A stretch of 64,000 nucleotides of DNA from Haliotis rufescens (lineage: Eukaryota), in contig NW_025964235.1 in assembly GCF_023055435.1 (NCBI RefSeq), forward strand, positions 868,001 to 932,000, written 5' to 3'. Each line of letters starts with the position of its first letter. Within the stretch, counting starts at the first letter, position 1. Of this stretch, positions 30,858-41,696 are shown piece by piece. The position numbers and the translations under genes were made by a program. The notes below the pieces were generated by a model. It was given only the letters and a program-made list of their open reading frames with translations. It was not told where the DNA came from and did not search any database.

Positions 30858-31368
30858 TGATTTTGGATGATAAATATAATCTTACGCGTGTGTCTTTTAT
30901 AACAAATATATCAACACGAGTCGATAAAAAGTTAAAGCCTCGGATGTTTAAACTTGTATTGACGCGTTGATATATTTTATATCAAAAGACACCGGGTGAT
31001 ATTCTCTATTTCATCCTTCTTTTTCAGTTTGTAAACAAACAAGTGTCCTGTGTGTAAAAATTACAACGTCGCCTCTTTCAATAACAGCACAGAGAGGTAT
31101 ATTTTCACTGAAAGAACCGGTCGTGTTCAGAGTTAACCAGAATCAGTAGCGGTGGGATTAGTGACGTAATTTGTTTGTGACAACATAATAACTGGTGGCA
31201 TCATAACGGTCTCACCAGAGATAAGCAAGTTTTGGATGATAAATGGAGAATCTCACCCAAGTGTCTTCTGATATGAAATATATCTACATGAGTCGATAAA
31301 CGTTTAAACTTTTATTGGCGAGTGTTGATATATTTGATATCAAAAGGCACAAGGGTGAGATTCTAGTT
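30858..31368. mobile_element. Hairpin-ended non-autonomous element family (unclassified)
   Basis: Two imperfect palindromes of about 140 bp starting TTTTGGATGATAAAT (30860-31018, 31230-31368). Related sequence lies at 28760-28832, 30457-30530 and 32220-32460. Confidence 0.5.
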
Positions 31369-33234
31369 ATTATTACTTGCCCGTGAAGAGATCACCCGTT
31401 TAATAAACATACAGCTGTATTACACATTGTGTAATACCAAAATGCGTGCTTATGTACTCTCGCAACACGTTTCACGAACAAATATTGAACGCTCTCAACA
31501 TACCTTGGCTTATTCAACGACGTTGTGTGTGGAGATGATAGATCACTGAGGGGAACTTATGCACACCCGATGACCCCAGCAACCTTGTTGCTAGGCTGAC
31601 GTCACATGGCATTGTTTCGCCGAAGGATCTTGCAACAAAATTCCACAAATTACGTCATCGGGTATTGTGACGTGATTGTAAACTTTGAGGTGCAAGGCCC
31701 CGTTCCACAAGGCGATCGTACTGTAGCGCAACGACAGTCGTTGGTCTAAGTAAAGTATGTGAGTTGCGATAACCTTAACGCTACGATAATTTTGTGGAAC
31801 GGACGCCTGAATTCTAAAGGTGGACCATTGTATGGTATTAAATTCATACGTTTCAACTTTTGACGTGTTTGAAGTATTACTCAACTCAATCCAACTCAAT
31901 TGTATTATGCCGTGGATCGTGTAGGTGTCAGCCTATTCACACTCGACAGTATAATTCTAAAAACGTTATAAATGGCAAGTAAAAAATAAAATACTAAACT
32001 CGCACCCGTGTAAAACCAATTTTATGAAACTCGTGAATCGCTTTCGCTCGTCAGATACCACAACTATTCACTCGTTTCATAAGATTGGTATTACACGGAA
32101 GCTCGTTTAGTATTCTATATTTATCCAACATCATTCTTTCAACTTTTTCTGTTTAGACATTAATAAGCAGTGTCTTGGGTGTAAAAAGTACTGCTAACAG
32201 CTTCAGTAGCAGCGCCGTTAGTGATGTCACTTGATTGTGATGTCATGGTAACAAATGACATCACAATGGTCTGCAAAGCATTGTGATGCAATTTCATTGT
32301 AATGATATCTACAATGTAGATATCGCTTGATCTCACCCAAGCGATATCTCCCGTGGGAGCCAGTTTTGGATGATAAATGACATTCGCGTATATTAATCTA
32401 TGTATGTAATTATATATACTTAGGTGACACATCCATTGCTCCATTGATCTAGATATCAAACGTTGTTTGAATATGAATATTTTGATCTGAAGGTGATGAA
32501 CCTAGCCAGCCACTCTTTAGCCATATAGTATGATATACTATTTTACATTTAAATCACCTACAATAAAAGACATGGTCTGTGGTATTAGAATTCACGCTTT
32601 CTCATTCTTGGTGAAAAATTGGATAACAAAATGTTTGATATAAGTTTAGCAGTTGGACACAATTCCAGGGCGGGGAAGACCTTCATTTGGCTTGGATCTA
32701 ACAAATAGCGATTATTCGTCAAACATCTCTACGAAAGGATTATACTAGTGTTTTACTACAGTTAGTTTCACATGTTATCCTTATTCAAGTTTCATGACAC
32801 GTTTGGCTACATTTATTTTCTTAGCTTGCTCAGGCAGAGACCATAAACTAGTCTATTGTATGGTCTCTGCACTTAGGTGAACCCACTGTCACGTTATAAT
32901 GTTCACCATATAATCTTTGTATGAAGTTCATTCCGGGCGTGGTAATGTGTTCAAACACATATGGTGATTCACTACAACTCTACCCTTCGCTCACTCCGAT
33001 GTAATATCCCTGTCCAAGATATGCATAACGAATGTGTGCCGCCCATAACATGAACCTGTGGCTGAATAGTGTTGTGGCTGGCTGGTAATCAATAAATATA
33101 TTGTGTCCTCCTCCCGCTGGTTCTAGTATTATAAACTACATATTACAAATTCATGTCAGGGGTTCACACAAGGGTTCTGTGTTCGCCATCACTGCATGCA
33201 TGAGTAGGAAAACTACGAAAATATCACAGCCATT

Positions 33235-33246
33235 TGCGCAGGCGCA
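33235..33246. promoter_or_regulatory. NRF1-type motif in the TMX1 promoter
   Basis: TGCGCAGGCGCA lies about 80 bp upstream of the TMX1 ATG. Confidence 0.5.
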
Positions 33247-33324
33247 TTTTATCCCGGTGGGCGGAACAAATCGTCAAGGGGCACAACCTCACCGTGCACC
33301 TGTTTGTGACCGAAGTTTTTAAAC

Positions 33325-36300
33325 ATGGACGTGGGAAATGCTTGGAAAGTTTTGCTGCTTTTCTGCATCTGCAGCCTTGTTTGTGGAAAGACAGCAGACA
33401 AGCCGATAGAACTTACCGAGGACAACTGGCAGGACATATTGGAAGGAGAATGGATGGTTGAATTGTGAGTTGTCTCATGCGGAAGTTATCTGGTGGATCG
33501 CGTGACCCCTATTTTCGTTATAGATCACACGTCTCAAATCATTGACTTTAGTTGCTCACACGGTGGTTTGTTTATTTACAGTGAGTCTGTTTTTGATTTG
33601 TGATTTTGTATTATTTTTCATTGCATAATTTGAAAATGATGTAGATCTGTTTTTGATTAACGTATTATATAGCATCAATGACGTGTGTGGCTACACTTAG
33701 AAGAACGCTATGTCATAATTTTAAGTTCCTTGTGGAGTTCTTCAGTGTGCACACAGTGGATGCATCGTGGCAGTAGATGATTGAGCGAGGATGTTGTAGA
33801 ACAAACTAGCACCACAGTCCCTATCCCATTCATGTCTGCAGCTTCTCAATGGGCGTACTGAACAAATGGATAATTGGGAGACATGTATAATAAAGATCTA
33901 GATTCTTAGCTGTTGCTGACAAACTTAGAAAAATTAGGTTGAACTTCGTCATTTGGGACAGTACTGAAGACGTTTCGTGTGCAGTGAGAGATTCCTGTCC
34001 ATGAATGTTGAACTGCGGTGAGGGTGACGTGAATATGTGGTGTTCATGCTCTATATGTCATTTATGTCGACTTGCCACGTCTATTGGCCCACATCCACTG
34101 ACCCGTGAGTAAACCTTCCACCCCTGCTGTTATTATCTCAACATACACCTTGATTATGTTTCTTGGTTTGTCGCAAACCTTTCCAGATTTCACTGACTGA
34201 TATACAGTATATGTCCGCATATTAGCCGAATTTTGAGGATACTATTTACAACATCATAAACCCAATTCACTCACTCACTCATACTTGTATGGCATTTATT
34301 TATAGACCGATGGACAGAAATGAATTTAATGACATTAAAGAATTTCACTGATAGACCAATTGTTAACCTATGTGAAGGATGCCAACTGCAAGCATCGTCA
34401 CAAACAGTCAGCCAGTGTTGGACAGTGAGCTGCTATTTAAACACTTAAAGTGAGAGTGAATATTGCTTGTATTTGACCAGTGTCGAAATAAGTGCCTGCC
34501 TGCGGTTGGTGACGTTTTTGTCGGGCTGCATGAAATTTGCCTCCACCTGCCCAACTATCTGGCAGATAATTTTAAGACTACTTAGGCATTAAGTTATATC
34601 ATAAGTCCTTGTAGATTCTCATGTAGTTGTTTGCCTTATTTCAACTGAATCAAGACACGATTTGTCTCTTATCTTTCGTGATTTTTCTCATAGTGTCGTT
34701 GGTGATCCATTATTAACATGAATGAAAGGAAGTAACTGCGCCTTCATTGGTCAATCTAGTCTTAGTTATAGTGTATTAGGATTGATATTAAGACACATAA
34801 TAATCAGACATACTTTTTTTTATAGGGCTGGAAAACATAATACGCAAGGTTTCATTTAAATTTAATATTGTCTGAATGAGGGCAGGTAACTTTCAAGATA
34901 GGCAGGCAACATTTATGGGTCACCTGCCCGACTGCCTTGTTGGGTTATGAAATTATTTCAAACACTGGAGATGACCCAGCTTTATGACAACATCCCCAAA
35001 GTGCAAGCCCCTAATATCCCATGGTGTTATTCAGGAAAACTCAGTTTGTTTTGGCTAGGTTGTTAAATGCTCACTGTTGTATGTAAATCAGTACACACAT
35101 GTTTTTTATAGGACATATAAATCGTCTCATTGTTTGACATTTTGCTCAATCATTGTTCCGCAGGCATCATGTAAACAAACGGTTGAGATATGACAGTGGT
35201 ATGTCAGTAAACAAACGATTGAGATATGACAGTGGTATATTAGTAAACAAATGATTATGATAGGACAATGGTATGTCTGTAAACAAACGATTATGATAGG
35301 ACAATGGTATGTCAGTAAACAAACAATTAAGATAGGACAATGGTATGTCAGTAAACAAACGATTGAGATATGACAATGGTATGTCAGTAAACAAACAATT
35401 AAGATAGGATAATTGTATGTCAGTAAACAAACGATTTAGATATGACAATGGTTTTTCTGTAGTCAAACGATTAAGATAGGACAATCATATGTCAGTATAT
35501 GACGATGGTTAAAGATAGGAGATTGGTTTGTCTGTAAACAAACGATTAAGATAGGACAATGGTGTGTCAGTAAACAAACGATTAAGATAGGAGATTGGTA
35601 TGGCAGTATACAGACTGCGTGGTCTGCTTCAGCATGGCGCCGTGGTGCCCGGCATGCCGGTCCTTCAAGGAGACGTGGGACAGTTTTGCCAAATGGAGCA
35701 AGGATCTGGATGTAAATGTTGGCATAATCGACGTCACCGAGAACCCAGGTATGGAAGTAACATGTTCACATTAAAAACAGAGTTTATGTACCACTGTGTG
35801 ATCTCTGTATGCTGTGGTCAATGTTTCCTGCTGCTTGGGGTCGTTCATACTGTCGGCCACTGGTTTGTATGACAAAGGCGTATTCATCGTCAGGCCACAA
35901 TGATTATGTAAAGTCATCATTGATTGACTGCTAACATGCTGTGTTAAATTGTGGCATGGTATCACATGGCAACCGACATTACTCCAAGCTAGTACAACCA
36001 GACACACACATAATATGAGGTAGAAATTGGCACTAGTCCTATAGTCCTTGCCGAACTGTCCAATAGTTAGGTATCATAAGGACTAGTATACCCATGAAGT
36101 TCCAGGTAGAGAATAAGTCTTCAGCAACCCATGCTTGTCGTAGGAGGCGACTAACAGGATTGGGTGGTCAGGCTCGCTATTTGGTTGATGTATGACATCA
36201 TTATTGCAGTTGCGTAGATCGATGCTCATGATGTCATTCACTGGATTGCCTGGTCCAGATCGCCGTAATATAGCTGGAATATAGCTGAGTGCGGCATTAA

Positions 36301-39300
36301 ACAATAAACAACCAAAAATAGTAGATAAAAACTAGCACCGATATACATGCACACATGTGATGCACATCTCCATTTACATGATATAAGTGCACTCATCCTG
36401 AACGCGATGTTAAACCCTCGTCTGAATGACTGATGTACAATGAGGTGAAATCGGGTTTGATGTCGCCTTCAGAATCATTGCACTTGTATAACAATGTGTT
36501 TGTCTGTCTGTGTGTGTATGTATGTGTGTGTGTTGCTGCTTGTACTAGCCCGGACTAGTGCAGGTTTTATTGTACTGGCCCAGTGAGATACAATGCCACA
36601 GTTTGACATGGATACCTCACCCAGCTGTGGGCCTCTTTGCATATCAATGAAAACAGTTAGAATTTTTATTAGCATTAAGCGAACATTTTAACAATTTGAG
36701 AATTACTGGGGAAAAAGGAGATTTCATGTATCCTCTCGCCCTTATTGGTAATATATGCATATTATGTCCTTTGTCAGCAGAAGGTGCACCTCCAGAACTT
36801 CATTGCTGCTTTGTTGTTTATACGTGCCTAATCTCTTTTTGTGCAATTTGACATCAATTTCATTTTGTCTGCAGGTCTGAGTGGTCGTTTTTTTGTGACA
36901 GCACTACCAACCCTTTATCAGTAAGTGTGACCAGATGATCAATCTTCTCGGCATTCTGTCTGATATCAGTAGAAAGATAATATGGTCCAGAGCTCCGAAC
37001 TACGACTGGAAGTAGTTAGTATCTAATTTCCATCATCAACATGTAAAAACTTGAATGCCAAAACTATCAAGATTTTAAAAATTATTTTGCACTGGAATGA
37101 AATAAGAATATTATTGGCATAATGCTAAACTAAAGGGTGAGGTAATAGCCCAGTAGTGAGAGTGTTTGCCTGCCTGGGTGTCAGGTTCTATTCCCACCAT
37201 GGATACAGTGTGTGATGTGCACACATGACCAGGTTATTTCTTCATCCCTAGTGTCCGAGATGGAGTGTTCCGCCAGTATCACGGCTCCAGGAAAGAATCT
37301 GACCTCATCAGCTTCGTCGATGACTACAAGTGGAGGGACATTGATCCAGTGTCGGGCTGGCTTGCTCCCAACTCTATACAGTAAGCTACACTGGTCAACT
37401 TACAGCTAACAACCAGTTGATATATGACATTGAAGTCTCTCCACCTAGTGTTGTGTCATTCCTAATTTGCATGTGATTAATAATTACGAGCTACTGAATA
37501 TGCATACTGTTCCGCCCCCCCCCCCCCCCCCCCCCTAATTTTGAAAACCATATGTAGTATGTTGTAGGCAGTAAAATTATCTGAGAGAGGATTTTGGAAC
37601 CCTCCCTCTTAAAAATGCTGGATCTGCCCTTGTTTCACAACTTAATTGTTGTGACTATTACATTTTCACAAATATGTCTGTTCAGCTGATGTAACAGCCA
37701 GTGGCTCTTACATTTAGTTTACTTACAGTCTTTTTTTATCAACTAAGATGCATGTTGAATATAATAAGATGCTGAATACATTAGTCTGTGAATGATTTAT
37801 TTTCTATTTTGACACAAACAAAACATAAAGGAACAAGAATTCACAACAAAATGCAAACTTTAAAGTTTTAAGTTGTCATGTTTACATCGTGTCACTGTGT
37901 GACCTTGCCCTTGAAATCAAATGTAGCAGCATGATCGGAGTCACTGTGACAGTTCGTCTCCCTCACTACTGACATTGTTGAGGTGGAAGTGGATCTTTGA
38001 TAATTTATGTGTCCTGTGACGGACATTATTTCGGATGTATCCATACTGACCCCGCAGATTCCTCTCTCACCAGGGGTGGGTCAAGAAACAACTGGAGCTG
38101 TATCTGTGCTTGTTAGATGATGGGTGGCGTCTTTAGTTTTAGGCCATTAGTCCTTATGATGATAACAGATAGCGAAACCTTTAGAAATGGAAAATTTCTG
38201 CTTGTGCATATAATACCTTAACTGTTGGACAGTTTGTCAAGGACCAAAGGACTAGGGCCAATTTCTAATGCTGCTATGCTGGTCATAAGAGGCGACCAAA
38301 TTGATCAAGTGATCAGACTCTTTGACTTGTTGATTGTGTGTCTTCGTACCCCGATAACAGGGATCGTTGCTCACAATATCAATCACTGAATTGGCATATT
38401 GGGGCGTCATACAGCTGGACTATTACTGAGTGGGCATTCAACAACAAACACATCATTTCCAATCTTTACTTTGCAGGATGTCCACTGTCGGGTTATTCTT
38501 CAAGGCTGCCATGGTTATTCGTGTAAGTTGTCCACGTTGGTTGTCGAGGGGTCGGGTCACTCGGGTGTCCAGGCAAGATGCAGATACTAGATATTATCAG
38601 AGACTTGTGCACAGAAAGCAATGTCATACTCTGTGCCAAGGTTTTTCCTTTGGCCTTGCGATGATATGCTAGCCATGGATATCATAAGTGGATCCTGAGA
38701 GGGTGTCTAGGGGGTCCGGACACCCCACCCCACCCCACCTTGAAAACCAAATGTAGTATGCTGCTGGAGGCAGTAAAATTGACTGAGAGAGGCTTTTGAT
38801 ATTTTAGACCCCTCCCTGTTTTGATTCATTGGTATTTCTAACAGATCTTTCCCATGTAACTTTGCACATCTCATATGCAATCTTCGAAATTCACACAAGC
38901 CTGAGACTACTGAATGTTGTTGATGGCAGTATATCTTATTGAATAGTAGCATTTGATGGCTAGAATTCTAAAACACTTCTCAAAACTTCCAATTTTATCT
39001 GCAAATTGGAGCTAAATAAAACTGATAGAACTTGTAAACATAGTAAACATTTGTCTACAAGCTTCTAACACTGTGTGTAAGTGAAATCAGGTTTCCACTT
39101 TTCCTGGAATAGTCTTTAAAAGAAGACTTAATTTATGGATAACTTCTTTAATACTGTAAAGGCGATGGTTCGGTATAGATCCTTACTGTTTTGCTTGACA
39201 ACGCTTAAAGATCTATACCGAAACGTCTCATTTACAGTATTAAAGAAGTTGTTATCCATTAATTGAGTCTACTTTGTCATCCGTCAACTTCTAAGTAATG

Positions 39301-41696
39301 CCTATCAAACAATTTTGTCTTAAAAATCCTAAATTTCTAAGGCTGCCCCAATGATGTATCCGAGCCAAAATGTCACATAAGTGTGAAATAGGAAGTTGTC
39401 CTTGCTGTTTATGAAATGTGTGCTGTCTCCGCTCCAGTCCTTCTACACGACCATGACCTCGGAGTACGGCATCCCGGAGTGGGGGTGCTACCTCATCTTC
39501 GCTGTCCTCACCATTGTCTCAGGCCTCCTCCTCGGGCTGGTGAGTAGCGGGGGACATATTGGGCAACAAACAGGTTGGGAAAATCTGATTGGTTGCAAAT
39601 GATGTTTAATCTGATTCGAAACTTGTAACTTTTCTTCAGGATCTATACCAAAACAGGGTGTTGGGGTAACGTAGTTGTTAAAGCGTTCACTTCTCATCCT
39701 GAAGACCCGGGTTCAATTCTCCACTTGGGTAGTGTGAATCCCATTGCTGGTGTCCCCTGCCGTGATATTGCTGAAATATTGCTAAAAGTGGCATAAAACC
39801 ATACTCACTCACTCATTCTTTCACATTACAGTAGGAGAAAGAAGTTGTTATCCATAAGTTTTTGGTCTACTTTAACTCTTCTGGACTTATTCTTCTGGAG
39901 TACATTTCTGAATAAGAGTGACAAATGTGTCATTTAGCCTGGTGAACTATGTATTGTTTTTAGATTGCAGATAAATATGTGTTTTCAGAATTTTCCATGT
40001 TATTGTGCATTTGACAGGACATTTTGCATGTATATCTATGGCTAATATTTTTTATTTTATTTTCAAAAACATTTTGCGCCCATCAAGTATTCAGTTTGAG
40101 AAAACCTGAAAGTAGTTTATTTGTGGACGTCATTATTATAAGCTGAATAACTGAAACACAGCTGCGGGAGATCACATTGAAGTCGCTGATCATTTTGATT
40201 ATTCGTGTAAGAAACCTTCTAAATATGAGTGGGGCTGCAGGGTAACCCTAGTGTTTAAAGCATTTGCTCGTGATGCTGAAGGCGTGGGTTTGATTTGAGT
40301 CAGTTCTACTTTTCCGATGGATATGTAACATATCAGTTCAATCTGTGGAACTTCTTGAGACAGCTCGGTTTGTCACTACTTTGAAGTTTTTTAAATGCCA
40401 AATATATATGCCTCTTTAAATAGTGGTGGTATGTATCTCTAAAGCATTGCCCCGTGACTTGCTGCTACAGCTCATCGTGTGTTGCTGTGATGTGCTGTTT
40501 CCGCCCAAATACCAAAGTGTGAGAGTCATTCAGGAGCAGCCTCAAGGGATGGGAGATACTATGGACAGGGAGGACAAGGTAGGTTTGTCATGACACAGGT
40601 GTACTCCGGACAGGGAGGACAAGGTAGGTCGTCCTGACACAGGTGTACTCTGGACAGGGAGGACAAGGTAGGTCGTCATGACACAGGTGTACTCCGGACA
40701 AGGAGGATAAGGTAGGTCGTGATGACACAGGTGTACTCCGGACAGGGAGGACAAGGTAGGTCATCCTGACACAGGTGTACTCCGGACAGGGAGGACAAGG
40801 TAGGTCGTCCTGACACAGGTGTACTCTGGACAGGGAGGACAAGGTAGGTCGTCATGACACAGGTATACTCCGGACAGGGAGGACAAGGTAGGTCGTGATG
40901 ACACAGGTGTACTCCGGACAGGGAGGACAAGGTAGGTCATCCTGACACAGGTATACTCCGGACAGGGAGGACAAGGTAGGTCGTCATGACACAGGTGTAC
41001 TCCGGACAGGGAGGATAAGGTAGGTCGTGATGACACAGGTGTACTCCGGACAGGGAGGACAAGGTAGGTCATCCTGACACAGGTATACTCCGGACAGGGA
41101 GGACAAGGTAGGTCGTCATGACACAGGTGTACTCCGGACAGGGAGGACAAGGTAGGTCGTCATGACACAGGTATACTCCGGACAGGGAGGACAAGGTAGG
41201 TCATCCTGACACAGGTGTACTCCGGACAGGGAGGACAAGGTAGGTCGTCATGACACAGGTGTACTCCGGACAGGGAGGACAAGGTAGGTCGTCATGACAC
41301 AGGTGTACTCCGGCCAGGGAGGACAAGGTAGGTCGTCATGACACAGGTGTACTCCGGACAGGGAGGACAAGGCAGGTCGTCATGACACAGGTGTACTCCG
41401 GACAGGGAGGGCAAGGCAGGTCGTCATGACAAAGGTGTACTCCGGACAGGGAGGGCAAAGTAGGTCGTCATGACACAGGTGCACTCCAGACACAAGCCGA
41501 GGTAGGTCGTCATGACACAGGTGTGTGGACGCATTATTCAACAACATCTGAACGGAATGGCGAATGCTGTATCTGACACACAGTATTGTACTTGCAGGAT
41601 GATGATATCATTGATGACACAAAACAAACAGATAGTGATGATGATGATGAAACTTCTTCAACCACACGACGGAGACAAGTACAGAAGGCGGAATGA
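33325..41696 (+). CDS. TMX1: Thioredoxin-related transmembrane protein 1, 8 exons, about 261 aa
   Basis: Exons 33325-33464, 35633-35748, 36875-36920, 37252-37380, 38477-38522, 39438-39539, 40471-40578 and 41598-41696 (786 nt in frame). Has a signal peptide, GEWMVEFMAPWCPAC active site, GLSGRFFVTALPTLYH, a TM helix with juxtamembrane CCC, and an acidic tail with RRR. Confidence 0.93.
34478..34967. mobile_element. hAT-like MITE
   Basis: CAGTGTCGAAATAA / TTATTTCAAACACTG termini and subterminal CCTGCCC repeats; TSD degraded. Confidence 0.5.
35170..35608. repeat. 36-bp minisatellite x about 12
   Basis: GTAAACAAACGATTRAGATAKGACAATGGTATGTCA. Confidence 0.9.
36089..36312 (+). mobile_element. Family C retroposon
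   Basis: Near full-length copy. Confidence 0.8.
39120..39319. mobile_element. Second, shorter Penelope-like inverted remnant (TMX1 intron 5)
   Basis: Same family as 5272-5677, including the tail CATCCGTCAACTTCTAAGTAATGCCTATCAAACAATTTTGT and the motif TTGACAAC...TATACCGAAACGTC at 39195-39227. Confidence 0.7.
39655..39815 (+). mobile_element. SINE family A, diverged
   Basis: Sequence similarity to the 54087 copy; (ACTC)n tail. Confidence 0.8.
40563..41523. repeat. 44-bp minisatellite x about 21 spanning the TMX1 exon 7 / intron 7 junction
   Basis: GGACAGGGAGGACAAG|GTAGGTCGTCATGACACAGGTGTACTCC. Confidence 0.95.

Noticed and set aside
33955-34010. GAAACGTC on the - strand as a further hammerhead
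   Set aside because: No upstream core or stem II can be formed.
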